A stretch of 64,000 nt of DNA from Escherichia coli. GTDB lineage: Bacteria; Pseudomonadota; Gammaproteobacteria; Enterobacterales; Enterobacteriaceae. Location: the NCBI RefSeq assembly GCF_024700885.2, contig NZ_CP117016.1; one strand, written 5' to 3'. Positions 38,281 to 50,154 of this stretch are shown in pieces. A model generated the notes under the pieces. It was not told the origin of the DNA. It did no database searches and saw only the letters and a program-made list of their open reading frames with translations. The translations under genes were made by a program, and so were the position numbers. Within the stretch, counting starts at the first letter, position 1. Every line of letters begins with the position of its first letter.

Positions 38281-38496
38281 TTAAGCCAATTGCTGCCGCC
38301 ATTCCTTGACGTGGTCAATCAGGGCGCGGAGCTTTGGTGCAATATTGCGACGCTGTGGGAAATACAGATAGAAGCCCGGAAATTGTGGAAGAAAGTCATC
38401 AAGCAGCGATACAAGCTTACCGCTTTCAATATATGGCCTGAAAGTTTCCTGAGTGGCAATTGTTATGCCTGCGCCGGCAAGAGCCAGCCTCAACAT
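38281..38496 (-). pseudogene. C-terminal 71-aa fragment of a LysR-family regulator (yagP-like remnant) just outside attR
   Basis: LTTR C-terminal pattern ...KLVSLLDDFLPQFPGFYLYFPQRRNIAPKLRALIDHV with no N-terminal HTH. Confidence 0.6.
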
Positions 38497-38589
38497 CAGA
38501 CGCAGATCATTCTGCTAATCCCACCGATGCTTCGGTCTGGAGTGGTAAATTAATATTGGACACAGTTTTATTTTCTCTCTTTTTCGAGG

Positions 38590-38900
38590 GCTATATGAAC
38601 AGGAAGAATACATCCCTAAGCGGTTAATGCTGGCGTAATCAATAGACCAGCATTAATCACAGATGATTACCAATCAGACAGAAATGGTTAAATCGTCGAA
38701 TTCATATTTAATACGTTTTCTTACGCCGCTGAGCAACTTGAAAGCAGGAAAAGGATGTATATTTTAAATATCAGTGAAGTGAACAGTTTATTGCCGTTAT
38801 TAATAGAGATGGAGGAATAAATAGGCGTATTCTACTATTGCAACAAAAACAACGATAATGATCAGTTTTCATAATGAAGTAACCTGACAGATATAAAAAT
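38590..38900. repeat. Degenerate paralogous copy of the ykgO 3' end fused to the ykgR upstream region and coding sequence (about 28-nt internal deletion, frameshifted)
   Basis: 38600-38730 aligns with 57207-57340; 38740-38885 aligns with 58030-58190. Confidence 0.6.
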
Positions 38901-39079
38901 GTTGATTGAGGCTAAATGCCCGGATGAAGGTTGTCGAGGGAGCCAGGTGGTTTTTTCTTTTGGGTGATCTCCATTGCTGGATAGTCCTCTCTTTCTCGCT
39001 CAAAGCAGACCCTGGAATTGAATGCAGAGGGACTACCTGACACAATTTTGCACAGTGAAGAGTCGGTCGTTATTAACGT

Positions 39080-39964
39080 TCAGATTTTCAATGTATCAAT
39101 GACCATCCGCAGGGCGGGGGAGACGTTGCGATGAGGGTAATAGAGAAACAATCCCTCCATTCGCAGGCTGTAACGCTGCAACACCCTGATAAGCTTACCG
39201 TGTTCTAAATCATCCGCGACCAGTTCAACAGGAACATAGGCCAATCCGAGGCCCAGCCGGGCTGCTTCTGCTTCCATATAGCTGTCGGATAAGGCCCATT
39301 GCCCTTCAGGGCGATGAGTGATTTTTTTATCATCCTGATTGAGTTCCCACTGGTATACGCTGCCGTCGGCAAACTGATAGGCGATACAGGGATGCGCCTT
39401 TAAATCCGCCGGGGTTTGCGGAAAACCATAGCGACGAAAATGTTCCGGAGTCCCCACAATTGCCATCTCCATATCGGGCGTGATGCGTACCGCGACCATA
39501 CCCTGGCCGACTTCAGGCCCCAGGCGGACACCTGCATCGAATCTTTCCTCGATGATATCGACGAACCGGCTCTCATTTATCAGTTCAAGCCGGATATCAG
39601 GATATCTCTGTTTAAATACCGCCAGCTTTGGCAGCAGGCATTTATCAATCGCGTGCTGGCTGGCATTGATACGCACCGTGCCGGAGGGCGTCTCTCGATA
39701 GTGCGCCAGCGTGGCAAGCCCAAGATCTAACATTTCAAATCCAGATGCCGTCTTCTGGTAGAGCTGCTCGCCTGCTTGTGTCAGCGACAGTTTACGCGTG
39801 GTGCGCACTAGCAGCTGGACGCCCAGCCTTTCTTCAAGCTCGCGAACAGAACGGCTGACTCCTGACTGAGCAAGACCCAGCCGCTGAGCCGCTGCGGTAA
39901 AGCTGCCTTCCCGCACCACCTGCATAAACAGGTACAGCTCGTTGTAGTTCTCCCTTTTCGCCAT
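39080..39964 (-). CDS. LysR-family transcriptional regulator
   Basis: N-terminal HTH (FMQVVREGSFTAAAQRLGLAQSGVSRSVRELEERLG) plus substrate-binding domain. Confidence 0.85.
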   Translation of the reverse strand: MAKRENYNELYLFMQVVREGSFTAAAQRLGLAQSGVSRSVRELEERLGVQLLVRTTRKLSLTQAGEQLYQKTASGFEMLDLGLATLAHYRETPSGTVRINASQHAIDKCLLPKLAVFKQRYPDIRLELINESRFVDIIEERFDAGVRLGPEVGQGMVAVRITPDMEMAIVGTPEHFRRYGFPQTPADLKAHPCIAYQFADGSVYQWELNQDDKKITHRPEGQWALSDSYMEAEAARLGLGLAYVPVELVADDLEHGKLIRVLQRYSLRMEGLFLYYPHRNVSPALRMVIDTLKI

Positions 39965-40150
39965 TGAAACATCCCCCCTTCATGCCGGCAATCTCCGCAT
40001 TAATTTATAACAATATGGTATTAATCTTAGCATTAATCGCCCCCTAATCAGCACTAATTCTGCTCACTATAATGACCCCATCAAAGTAAAGCACCGCAGC
40101 GTTGTCCGTCGGAAACCTGTATCTCTCTGTTGTTTTTTATGGGGATTTTT

Positions 40151-41279
40151 ATGAAAGCCTTCACCCGCACGCTAAAAACCGCGATGCCGACCATGCTGCT
40201 TTTCGCATCATTAAGTGGAGTCACGACAATGAGTTATGCTGATTCAACCAATCCTAATGCCCCTGTGTCCATGACAGATAAATGGGATAAAACGTTCGCC
40301 GAGAGCCAGAAAGTCGATCACCGTAAAGTCTCGTTCCCGAACCGATATGGCATCACCTTAGTGGGCGATCTTTACCTGCCTAAAGACCGTGGCGATCGCA
40401 AGCTGGCGGCGATTGCGGTCAGTGGGCCATTTGGCGCGGTGAAAGAGCAATCCAGCGGCTTGTATGCGCAGACGCTGGCGGAACGAGGGTTTGTTACCCT
40501 GGCGTTCGATCCTTCTTACACCGGGGAAAGCGGCGGCTATCCGCGAAACGTCGCCTCACCGGATATCAACACTGAAGATTTCAGCGCGGCGGTGGATTTC
40601 TTAGGGCTGCAAAAAGAGGTAGATCGCAACCGTATCGGGCTGCTCGGTATTTGTGGCTGGGGCGGCATGGCGCTGAACGACGTGGCGATGGATACCCGCG
40701 TTAAAGCGGTAGCTACCAGCGTGATGTATGACATGAGCCGGGCGATGGGTCATGGTGTGGGGGATGGCAAAGACCGTTATTCTACCGCCGACCGTCGTGC
40801 CGTTCTGCAATATCTGAATGAACAGCGCTGGAAGGATGCGCAGAGCGGAACGTTCGCTCACGGTGGTCATGATATTAATGTCGACAGCAACGGCAAGGTC
40901 AGTGCGGGCGAGCGCATTCTGCCAGAAACGCTGCCGGCAAATCCTCATCCGGTACTGAAAGAGTTCTTTGACTACTATCGCATGCCGCGCGGCTTCCACG
41001 AACGTTCCGTTAACTCTACCGGGGCGTGGACGGCAACGATGCCGCTGGAATATGCCGCTGTTGAGCTACGCCAGTGAAATCACCATCCCGACGCTGATTG
41101 TGACCGGTGAGAAAGCGCATTCACGCTATTTTGCTGAAGATGCTTACAAGGTGGTTGGCAGTAACGACAAAGAGCTGGTGGTGGTACCAGGGGCAAATCA
41201 CGTGGACCTGTACGATAACGTGGCCGGAAAAATACCTTTCGCGAAGTTCGAACAATTTTTCCAGACCAAACTGAAATAA
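40151..41279 (+). pseudogene. Secreted alpha/beta hydrolase (dienelactone-hydrolase-like), frameshifted near 41039-41064 by a 13-bp tandem duplication
   Basis: Two overlapping frames (40130..41077 and 40968..41279) together align with the intact paralog at 60049..60969; duplicated ATGCCGCTG(G/T) unit at the junction. Confidence 0.6.
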
Positions 41280-41354
41280 AACCTCTCCTGAATTGATGCA
41301 AAGCCACCGGCCATAGGCTGGTGGCTTTTATCCTGATCTTTGTGAAATTTCACT

Positions 41355-42548
41355 ATGTCGACACTAAGCCAAACACTATCACCTCATCATCAGCGCGCAT
41401 ACTGGGGCGGTATTTTTGCCATGACCCTGTGCGTGTTTGTGCTGATTGCTTCTGAATTTATGCCCGTCAGCCTGCTCACGCCGATTACCCGCGATTTAGG
41501 CGTGACGGAGGGGCTGGCAGGGCAGGGGATTGCTATCTCCGGCGCGCTGGCGGTTCTGACCAGCCTGACGCTTTCAACGCTAGCTGGAAAGATGAATCGT
41601 AAGTTCCTGCTGCTGGGGATGACGGTTCTGATGGCCGTATCGGGGCTTATTATTGCGCTGGCTTCCAGTTATCTGATGTATATGGTCGGTCGTGCGATGA
41701 TTGGTGTGGCTATTGGCGGATTCTGGTCGATGTCAGCGGCAACGGCGATTCGTCTGGTGCCGCAGCATCAGGTCACGCGTGCGCTGGCAATTTTCAACGC
41801 CGGTAATGCGCTGGCGACGGTCGTGGCCGCACCGCTGGGAAGCTATCTGGGGGCTACGGTCGGATGGCGAGGCGCTTTCTTGTGCCTGGTGCCCATCGCG
41901 GTTGTCGCCTTTATCTGGCAGTGCATCAGCCTGCCAAGCATGGATGCGAATAAAAGCCACACTTCATGTGGCGCGGTATTCCGCTTATTTAGCCGCCGCA
42001 TGGTTGTGGTCGGCATGATAGCCTGCTGCCTGTTTTTCATGGGGCAGTTTGCACTATTCACCTATGTGCGCCCGTTTCTGGAGTCGGTGACACGGGTTAA
42101 TTCCTTAGGCTTGTCGTTGATTTTGCTGATTATCGGCGTGGCCGGTTTTATTGGCACGCTGGTTGTTTCGGCATTTCTCAACAGAAAATTCTACCCCACG
42201 CTGATGGCCATACCCGGACTGATGGCCGTCATTGCTATCGGTCTGATGCTGACCGGGCATCACGTCTGGACGGTCTCGCTGCTGTTAGGACTCTGGGGCA
42301 TGCTGGCCACCGCCGCGCCAACCGGATGGTGGACATGGATTGCGCGTACGTTGCCTGACAACGCCGAAGCCGGAGGCGGGCTCATGGTCGCGGTGATTCA
42401 GCTCTCCATCGCCCTTGGATCAACAGCAGGAGGCATCGTATTTGACCGCCTTGGCTGGCAGAGCACGTTTGCTATGAGTAGCGTGCTGCTCCTTTGCGCT
42501 GGCGTACTGACCTTTGTTACCGCACGCCAGAAGGCCGGTGCGCTTTAG
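41355..42548 (+). CDS. MFS transporter
   Basis: 12-TM profile; 397 aa. Confidence 0.8.
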   Translation: MSTLSQTLSPHHQRAYWGGIFAMTLCVFVLIASEFMPVSLLTPITRDLGVTEGLAGQGIAISGALAVLTSLTLSTLAGKMNRKFLLLGMTVLMAVSGLIIALASSYLMYMVGRAMIGVAIGGFWSMSAATAIRLVPQHQVTRALAIFNAGNALATVVAAPLGSYLGATVGWRGAFLCLVPIAVVAFIWQCISLPSMDANKSHTSCGAVFRLFSRRMVVVGMIACCLFFMGQFALFTYVRPFLESVTRVNSLGLSLILLIIGVAGFIGTLVVSAFLNRKFYPTLMAIPGLMAVIAIGLMLTGHHVWTVSLLLGLWGMLATAAPTGWWTWIARTLPDNAEAGGGLMVAVIQLSIALGSTAGGIVFDRLGWQSTFAMSSVLLLCAGVLTFVTARQKAGAL

Positions 42549-42727
42549 TCCGGCGAGGGCGCGCGTTGCTGAATAAGTTACACAAGGCGATGAGCGCCCA
42601 CTATGGGTTGGGTGCTCTTTTAAACGATTTAGGTGATTTTCTAAAACGGCTACTGCAGATTTTTCTCTTAATTTATGGGTATTTCCCCCGGAGGCGAGAA
42701 AGCGCTCTCCACGCCCGGCCGCAAGGA

Positions 42728-43684
42728 TCAGGACGACGGGGGCAGGCATGAATCCTCCTCCTGATGGAGACGTACAGAGGCGACTTCTGCCAGCACGGAG
42801 AGTGCCAGAGTATGCGCATCCCGGGCTTTGGGGAATATCCCGACGGGTGCCCGGATTTGCGCTGTCTCCTCCCTGGACCATCCCAGCTCGTGGAGCTTTT
42901 GCAGACGTAAAGTGTGGGTTCGATAGCTGCCCAATGCGCCGAGATAAAAGGGTTTTGCTTCTCGCGCGGCCTGCAACACTGGCAGCTCCCGGTTGAGATC
43001 ATGGCACAGCAAAATGACCGCCGTATCGGTATCGATCTGAGCGCTGGCTGAGGCCGGAAAAAGATCGAAGATATGGCTGTCATAGCCTGTGGCTGCTGCA
43101 AGACTCGCGGTTGCCTGCGCCTCAAGAGAACGTCCGTAAATCATCAGCCTGACGCATGGCCTGAACCCCACCTCAAAGCCATTGAGACTCCAGCCCGTCC
43201 GGGTTTGCGTGGGCAGGCACACCAGCGATTGAGCTTGCGGATCGTAGCGCAGACCCGCCGGTTTTCTCTGTTCCAGGCGGTTCAGCACGGCGAGCAGAGG
43301 CTGTGCCGAGCGTAGTTTATGGAGCGTCAGCGTGATCCCACCGCCGCAGGGCAGAACGATGTCAAACCACGGCGAACCTTCGCCATAGCGAACTTCGCGA
43401 TCGCGGCCTGAGCCCATCACCTCCAGCGCTTCAAAAGCGGCAGCGGCCTCCACGCAGCCGCCAGAGACAAAACCGCAGTAACGGCCATCTTCGCGCACCA
43501 CCATCTGCGCCCCGAGCGGGCGCGCCGCGCCGCCGCGTATCTCCACCAGCGTCACCAGCACCGCTCCTTTACCGGACATTAGCGCCTCTACGGCGAAGCG
43601 CAGAATGGTCCGGTGGTCATCGGTGAGAAACGCCTGCTCTGGCTTATGCCAGTGCTCGTCTTTATCAAAAAGCGAGTATGACAT
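42728..43684 (-). CDS. paoD: XdhC/CoxI-family molybdenum cofactor insertion chaperone
   Basis: 318 aa; follows paoABC on the same strand. Confidence 0.8.
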   Translation of the reverse strand: MSYSLFDKDEHWHKPEQAFLTDDHRTILRFAVEALMSGKGAVLVTLVEIRGGAARPLGAQMVVREDGRYCGFVSGGCVEAAAAFEALEVMGSGRDREVRYGEGSPWFDIVLPCGGGITLTLHKLRSAQPLLAVLNRLEQRKPAGLRYDPQAQSLVCLPTQTRTGWSLNGFEVGFRPCVRLMIYGRSLEAQATASLAAATGYDSHIFDLFPASASAQIDTDTAVILLCHDLNRELPVLQAAREAKPFYLGALGSYRTHTLRLQKLHELGWSREETAQIRAPVGIFPKARDAHTLALSVLAEVASVRLHQEEDSCLPPSS

Positions 43685-43693
43685 TGTTCCTCC

Positions 43694-45892
43694 TTAAACC
43701 ACATCCGGCAGTTTATCGAGCAGCTTATCCAGAGTGATGGGATAATCCCGTACCCGAATACCGGTGGCGTTATACACCGCGTTGGCGATAGCCGCGCTCA
43801 CGCCGCACAGGCCCAGCTCACCGACACCTTTGGCCTTCATCGGGGAGGAGATGGGGTCGGTATCATCCAGGAAAATCACCTCCTGTTTTGGGATATCCGC
43901 ATGAACCGGCACCTCATACCCCGCCATATCGTGATTAACGAAGTAGCCCAAACGGTCATCTACCGCCAGCTCCTCCATCAGTGCCGCGCCCATGCCCATA
44001 GTCATCGCGCCAATGACCTGGCTACGTGCAGTTTTCGGATTCAGGATGCGTCCTGCAGCACACACAGCGAGCATACGCCGGACCCGAACTTCTCCCGTCG
44101 CGCTATGCACGCCGACCTCCACAAAATGCCCGGCAAAGGTCGACTGCTGGTACTCCTTGCTCAGTGTTCCGAATTCAATGCTCTCTTCCGCTGTCAGTCT
44201 GCCGCCTGCGGTGGCCTCATGTAGCGTGGCGCTTCGGGTACCGTTGGTAATCTTGCCGTCGGCAAACTGCGACTGCTCAGGATCAAACCCGACTGCCGAG
44301 GCAATCATTTCGCGAAGTTTCACACAGGCGGCGTAAACGCCGGAGGTGGAGGTATTCGCGCCCCATTGTCCACCAGACCCCGCAGAAACCGGGAAACTGG
44401 AATCGCCGAGGTGAACCGCAACCTGCTCCAGCGGTACGCCAAGCATTTCCGCTGCCGTCTGGGCCAGAATGGTGTAGCTGCCAGTGCCAATATCGGTCAT
44501 GTCCGTTTCCACGGTAACGGTGCCGTTTTGTTCGAGATGAACCCGCGCACCCGATTTTTCCAGCAGATTATTGCGAAAGCCCGCCGCAACACCGTGGCCG
44601 ACTAGCCACTCCCCGTCGCGTACCTGTCCGGGTGTGGCGTTGCGCTGCTTCCAGCCAAATTTATCCGCTCCGGTGCGCAAGCACTCAATAAGCTGACGGC
44701 GAGAGAAGCGGCGCGTCGGGTCGGCGGGGTCAACCTGAGTGTCATTCAGGATGCGAAACTCGACGGGATCGATGCCCGCTTTTTCCGCCAGTTCATCGAT
44801 CGCGATTTCGAGCGCCATCAGACCGGGGGCTTCGCCGGGCGCACGCATGGCGTTCCCTTCCGGCAAATCAAGCGTGGCGAGCCGCAGGCCGGTATGACGA
44901 TTCGCCCCTGCGTAAAGAAATTCGCTTTGCTGTACCGCCGTTTCCGGCGTGCCGCCGGGCAGGTTTCCGGACCAGCTTTCATGTGAGATAGCAGTGATTT
45001 TCCCGCTCTGGTCGGCACCGATACGCAGGTGCTGAAGGGTGGCGGGGCGGTGCGTTGTGTTATTGGGAATAGTGGGGCGGGGGAGCATCACTTTAACCGG
45101 ACGTTTCACCGCACGGGCGGCGAGGGCCGCCAGCAGCGCATCGCTTCTCAGGAACAGCTTGCCGCCAAACCCTCCACCGATATACGGGGAGATAATACGC
45201 ACATTCTCCACGGGCACTTTCAGCGTTTTTGCCAGATCGGTGCGGCACCAGTCAATCATCTGATTTGAGGTCCAGAGGGTAAGCTTATTTCCATCCCAGA
45301 CGGCCATCGAGGCATGCGGCTCCATCGCCATATGGCTCTGGTCCGGGGTCGTGTAGGTAGCATCAATCTTCACCGCAGCGGAGGTGAAAGCCCCGTCAAA
45401 GTCACCAACATTTTTATCGGGCGTGTCTTCCGGCGGCTGACTGACGGCCTGTTTCTCGTCCGCCAGGGAGTAAGCTCCTTTATTACGGCGATAGTGCGCC
45501 TGCACCAGCGAGGCCGCCGCTCGTGCCTGTTCGAAGGTCTCGGCCACTACCAGCGCAATGGCCTGATGATAGTGCTCAATAGTGGGGCCGCCTAACAGCC
45601 TGGCGGTGTTTTTGTCGCCTTTGCCGAGCACCCCGGCGTTACTGGCGGTAATGACAGCCAGTACGCCCGGCGCTTTTTGCGCGGCGTCCGTATCGAGGGC
45701 GGTGAGGCATCCTTTGGCAATGGCGGAACCGACGATATAACCATAGGCGGCGTTGGGGGCTTCTTCATGCCATTCGTAGGCGTAGCGTGCCGTGCCGGTA
45801 GTTTTCAGCGGTCCGTCGATGCGGTCATGGGGACGACCGACAACCTTCAGCTGATCGATCGGGTTTTCCCCTGCGGGTTTATCAAATTTCAT
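43694..45892 (-). CDS. paoC: Periplasmic aldehyde oxidoreductase, molybdopterin subunit
   Basis: 732 aa xanthine-dehydrogenase-family molybdopterin-binding subunit. Confidence 0.85.
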   Translation of the reverse strand: MKFDKPAGENPIDQLKVVGRPHDRIDGPLKTTGTARYAYEWHEEAPNAAYGYIVGSAIAKGCLTALDTDAAQKAPGVLAVITASNAGVLGKGDKNTARLLGGPTIEHYHQAIALVVAETFEQARAAASLVQAHYRRNKGAYSLADEKQAVSQPPEDTPDKNVGDFDGAFTSAAVKIDATYTTPDQSHMAMEPHASMAVWDGNKLTLWTSNQMIDWCRTDLAKTLKVPVENVRIISPYIGGGFGGKLFLRSDALLAALAARAVKRPVKVMLPRPTIPNNTTHRPATLQHLRIGADQSGKITAISHESWSGNLPGGTPETAVQQSEFLYAGANRHTGLRLATLDLPEGNAMRAPGEAPGLMALEIAIDELAEKAGIDPVEFRILNDTQVDPADPTRRFSRRQLIECLRTGADKFGWKQRNATPGQVRDGEWLVGHGVAAGFRNNLLEKSGARVHLEQNGTVTVETDMTDIGTGSYTILAQTAAEMLGVPLEQVAVHLGDSSFPVSAGSGGQWGANTSTSGVYAACVKLREMIASAVGFDPEQSQFADGKITNGTRSATLHEATAGGRLTAEESIEFGTLSKEYQQSTFAGHFVEVGVHSATGEVRVRRMLAVCAAGRILNPKTARSQVIGAMTMGMGAALMEELAVDDRLGYFVNHDMAGYEVPVHADIPKQEVIFLDDTDPISSPMKAKGVGELGLCGVSAAIANAVYNATGIRVRDYPITLDKLLDKLPDVV

Positions 45893-46845
45893 GCCTGTGC
45901 CCTCGCTTCAGCCAGTACGGAGGCAAGCGTTCGCTTCGCCAACAGGAGTTTAAAGGTGTTTTCAGCGGTGGGATGGGCGCTGGCGAACAGCGCGTCATAT
46001 ACGGCCTGCGCCCCCTGGGATAGCTGAGCATCCGCAGCCTCAATGCGCCAGGGCTTATGTGCTACTCCGCCCAGCGCGACGCGCCCGCTGCCGTCAGGCT
46101 GAATAATCGCTGCGACCGATACCAGGGCAAAGGCGTAGGAGGCGCGATCGCGCACCTTACGGTAAATATGTTTTCCGCCGAGCGGCGGAGGTAACGTCAC
46201 CGCAACGATAAGCTCACCGGGAAGCAGGGCGGTTTCAATGTGCGGCGTTTTTCCCGGAGGGTGATAAAAATCAGCCAGTGTGATACTGCGAGTCTTTCCC
46301 TCCGGCGTGATGGTTTCCACCACCGCATCCAGCAACCGCATTGCGACCGCCATATCGCTCGGATGGGTGGCAATGCAGGCTTCGCTTACGCCTACCACCG
46401 CGTGCTGACGGCTAAAGCCTTCAAGTGCCGCGCAGCCGCTCCCGGGCAGGCGCTTATTGCAGGGCTGATTGGTGTCGTAAAAATAGGGGCAGCGCGTGCG
46501 CTGGAGCAGATTACCTGCGGTGGTTGCCTGATTACGTAACTGACCAGACGCGCCAGCGAGCAGGGCGCGGGAGAGTACCGCGTAATCACGACGCACGCGC
46601 TCGTGAGCTGCCAGGTCGGTGTTCCGTACCAGTGCGCCGATGCGCAGCCCACCCGCGTCGGTCACTTCAATCTTATCGAGCCCGAGCCCGTTCACATCGA
46701 TAAGGTGGGTTGGCGTTTCAATTTCCAGCTTCATCAGGTCCAGCAGATTGGTCCCGCCCGCGATAAATTTTGCGCCGGGTACGCGCTGAGCGCTAAGTGC
46801 CGCCTCGGCCGGGGTGTTCACTCGTTCATAGGTAAACGCCTTCAT
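45889..46845 (-). CDS. paoB: Aldehyde oxidoreductase FAD-binding subunit
   Basis: 318 aa FAD-binding subunit of the CO dehydrogenase flavoprotein family. Confidence 0.85.
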   Translation of the reverse strand: MKAFTYERVNTPAEAALSAQRVPGAKFIAGGTNLLDLMKLEIETPTHLIDVNGLGLDKIEVTDAGGLRIGALVRNTDLAAHERVRRDYAVLSRALLAGASGQLRNQATTAGNLLQRTRCPYFYDTNQPCNKRLPGSGCAALEGFSRQHAVVGVSEACIATHPSDMAVAMRLLDAVVETITPEGKTRSITLADFYHPPGKTPHIETALLPGELIVAVTLPPPLGGKHIYRKVRDRASYAFALVSVAAIIQPDGSGRVALGGVAHKPWRIEAADAQLSQGAQAVYDALFASAHPTAENTFKLLLAKRTLASVLAEARAQA

Positions 46846-47531
46846 GATTTTATCTCCCCCGCAGCGTCTTCAATGGCGGCAAGGATGTTAGCGTATGCTC
46901 CACAGCGACAGATGTTGCCGCTCATACGTTCACGGATCTCATCGGCAGTTCTTTCTGGAGGGGAAACCAAATCGACCGTGACGTGACTGGGAATGCCGTC
47001 CTGAATCTCTTTTAGCACCGCTACTGATGAGCAAATTTGCCCGGAGGTGCAGTAGCCGCACTGGAAGCCATCATGCTTGATAAAGGCCGCCTGCATGGGG
47101 TGAAGATTCTCTGGTGAACCCAGGCCTTCAATGGTGGTGATCTCGGCCCCCTGATGCATGACTGCAAGCGTCAGGCAGGCATTAAGCCTGCGACCATTGA
47201 CCAGCACGGTACAGGCTCCGCACTGTCCGTGATCGCAACCTTTCTTGGTACCGAACAGATGCAGATTTTCACGCAAAGCGTCCAGTAGCGTGGTTCGGGT
47301 ATCCACCTCAAGCTGCTCGGTTTTGCCGTTCACCTTAAGTGTCAGGGGCATTATCTCTGGCGCGGGTGTAGCTGCCGGAACGCTTGCTGCAAGCGTAGAA
47401 TGAGGATAAACCACGGCGGTCGCCGCCGTTGCGGCGCTGACTTTAATCAGATCGCGACGGGTCAAACTAAAATCGTGCGGCTCGTGCTTCCCAACCCGAT
47501 TATCTTCGGGGTATTCGCCTTGGTTGCTCAT
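46842..47531 (-). CDS. paoA: Aldehyde oxidoreductase 2Fe-2S subunit with twin-arginine signal
   Basis: [16 protein letters not shown]at motif; two [2Fe-2S] Cys clusters. Confidence 0.85.
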   Translation of the reverse strand: MSNQGEYPEDNRVGKHEPHDFSLTRRDLIKVSAATAATAVVYPHSTLAASVPAATPAPEIMPLTLKVNGKTEQLEVDTRTTLLDALRENLHLFGTKKGCDHGQCGACTVLVNGRRLNACLTLAVMHQGAEITTIEGLGSPENLHPMQAAFIKHDGFQCGYCTSGQICSSVAVLKEIQDGIPSHVTVDLVSPPERTADEIRERMSGNICRCGAYANILAAIEDAAGEIKS

Positions 47532-47937
47532 ACCAGGCCTCCGGTATTCTAAAGGGGAAAATAAGAGAGCGTTGCGAGAGTGCTGATGCTTTTTTAAACG
47601 TTAAGCATAGTCGGTGAGAGCAGGAGGATTATTCTTAAAACGCGAATGCAGCTATGAGCCCGGCTAATTAATTCATATTCGCCGATGACGGGAGCTCGTT
47701 TATTGCTTTAGTTGTGCGATGCAAAAACCGATAAGGAAACCTGTGATTGTCAGCTCTGCATCACCCTACAAATCTTTGTCACTTCTAACATAAAAATAGG
47801 GAGAAATGATGGTGCTTATATTCATTGGCGATTAGGAAACTATCTTGTTATACAAAACAATACAGTTCTTTACATTTGTCTTGTTTTATGAATACTCCTG
47901 AAGAGGTGTATAACATAATGGTACAAGCAGGGTAGAT

Positions 47938-48552
47938 ATGAATATATTTGAACAAACTCCACCGAACCGCAGACGTTATGGTCTTGCTGCATTCATTGGG
48001 CTGATTGCTGGCGTTGTTTCCGCATTTGTGAAGTGGGGGGCTGAAGTTCCATTGCCGCCACGTAGCCCGGTGGATATGTTTAATGCAGCGTGTGGCCCGG
48101 AATCATTAATCAGGGCTGCTGGGCAAATTGATTGCTCCCGTAATTTTCTCAATCCTCCGTATGTTTTTCTTCGAGACTGGCTAGGGCTGACAGATCCCAA
48201 TGCGGCTGTTTATACCTTTGCCGGGCATGTCTTTAACTGGGTTGGCGTTACGCACATTATCTTTTCGATAGTGTTTGCTGTCGGTTATTGTGTGGTTGCT
48301 GAAGTATTTCCAAAAATTAAACTCTGGCAGGGCTTACTGGCAGGTGCTTTAGCCCAACTTTTTGTTCATATGATTTCATTCCCTCTCATGGGACTGACGC
48401 CACCTCTGTTTGATCTCCCGTGGTATGAGAATGTTTCTGAAATTTTTGGACATTTAGTCTGGTTCTGGTCCATTGAAATTATTCGCAGAGATTTACGAAA
48501 CAGAATTACTCATGAGCCAGACCCTGAGATCCCTTTAGGCTCAAACAGATAA
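47938..48552 (+). CDS. yagU: Inner membrane protein YagU (DUF1440)
   Basis: 204 aa; 3-4 TM segments; synteny. Confidence 0.8.
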   Translation: MNIFEQTPPNRRRYGLAAFIGLIAGVVSAFVKWGAEVPLPPRSPVDMFNAACGPESLIRAAGQIDCSRNFLNPPYVFLRDWLGLTDPNAAVYTFAGHVFNWVGVTHIIFSIVFAVGYCVVAEVFPKIKLWQGLLAGALAQLFVHMISFPLMGLTPPLFDLPWYENVSEIFGHLVWFWSIEIIRRDLRNRITHEPDPEIPLGSNR

Positions 48553-48800
48553 TGCATTGAATAATAAAAATGGCGCAAATGCAGCGCCATTTTTATAGGT
48601 TAAAAACATTGCTTTTTACTTTCTGAAGCAGATAGCCAGTGAGTACATCGCGCTACTTCAGGATGCTGTAGATCCGGAGAACACTATAGAGGAAGATGCA
48701 TTGTTGCTGGCAGATGGAAGAAGTTTCGGGTTTTGTTATCCCTGAAAAACGAAGCCCCGCGGTTATAGCTGGCGGGGCAGTGCAATTAATTATTGCATAT

Positions 48801-49130
48801 TTATAACGGTGTCAGCCCGTATTTAGCTCTTGCACGATTGCAAGCCTCATTGACGACTCCGTTCTCACCAGACATGGCGAATTCTCTGCACGTGGACGAT
48901 CGATTTTTATATATCGTGCAGCAGGCATTTTTGCCCGGTGTTCCTGCAAGGGCAATACATCGGGGGTTTTTCTGATTGGTACCGCTCATGCATCGGTGAA
49001 AAGGGGATATTTGTTCAGTGAGCCTGGCGGGAATGGTACCGCCAGCATCGTCGGCTTCGGCCCAGTAAAAAGAGACGCGGAAAAATGCACAACAGGCACC
49101 ACACGTCATGCATGGATTCAGATTGCTCAT
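48801..49130 (-). CDS. ykgJ: YkgJ-family Cys-cluster (ferredoxin-like) protein
   Basis: 109 aa with CxxC...C motifs. Confidence 0.8.
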
Positions 49131-49443
49131 AATTCACCAGTACAGCTATAAATCGTAAAGAGAACAACGGTACATCGTATGTAAGAACGTACCGCGGTTG
49201 GCTGGGGAACTTTCGATAGTGTGAGTATTGAATGATTTCCAGCCGTTACCGATTTTACGTACTAATTCGTGAATAAACCACTCGTTAGCAGGCTGCCTGG
49301 TACCTTTCCGTGTCTCCTGAACACTATGGTGTACATATGAGAAAGCCCATCGTTACAGGTGACATTGACGATCGCTTCCACATCATTTAATCGATTATTT
49401 GAGTCTCTGAGGTGGAATTCTTCCCTCGTCCGATGGATAAGTC

Positions 49444-50154
49444 TTAGTCCGCCGAAGGGGGCTTAGCAGGACAGGAATCGCTAATCTTAATGAATTTGTC
49501 GTTATAGACCAGATAATGATTCCCCGGCTGACGTAACTCAGGCTGATGAACCACGTCTCCCGGACGTAGATACCAGGCGTCGCCTTCCTCTTCGGTCGAA
49601 TCACATCCTGGTTTAATCAGTAGCTTAAACCACGTGTTGCCGGTGTTACTTACCGTTCCTTTCACCTGGTCGAAGGACCATCTAAACTGAACCTGACGAG
49701 GTCGTACTACCAGAATGGTATCCATCACCACCACCGGCTCCGTGCTGACCTCGCCGCCGGTCGGGCTACGTCTTGTCTGGTTGCGAGTGGGGACCTCGCG
49801 AAATGAGACCCGGTAGTAGCGCTCGCGGTTATCCCGTGGACCATGATAGTAAAATTTAAAATACTCGCTCTCACCAGCCTGCAACGCCAGCTGGCGGGGG
49901 GCGAAAAGCAGTTCACCATCCACCGGTCGGGTGCGCAATTCACTGCTGCCCGGGCTATCGATAGCACTGATGGCAATACGGTATATCCGTGCGCTTTTGT
50001 TGTTATTCACTACACGTTTGCTGACAAAGTCAGTCTCGGACGGCAGCGAAAATGTCAGATTGCCGACCGAAATCGCCTGTGTCAAAGGTGCCGCTAGCAT
50101 ACAGACCACTGTCAGCAGGGCCTTAGTTAATGTTACGCCACGTCGCCTGAACAT
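49444..50154 (-). CDS. ecpE: E. coli common pilus chaperone EcpE (start at MFRRRGV)
   Basis: Signal peptide; position after ecpD. Confidence 0.8.
   Translation of the reverse strand: MFRRRGVTLTKALLTVVCMLAAPLTQAISVGNLTFSLPSETDFVSKRVVNNNKSARIYRIAISAIDSPGSSELRTRPVDGELLFAPRQLALQAGESEYFKFYYHGPRDNRERYYRVSFREVPTRNQTRRSPTGGEVSTEPVVVMDTILVVRPRQVQFRWSFDQVKGTVSNTGNTWFKLLIKPGCDSTEEEGDAWYLRPGDVVHQPELRQPGNHYLVYNDKFIKISDSCPAKPPSAD

Noticed and set aside
38011-38553. 180-aa plus-strand ORF spanning attR
   Set aside because: Crosses the island boundary repeat, runs antisense to the LysR fragment, and has a low-complexity G-run at its start (GGGGGGGGG at 38055); spurious
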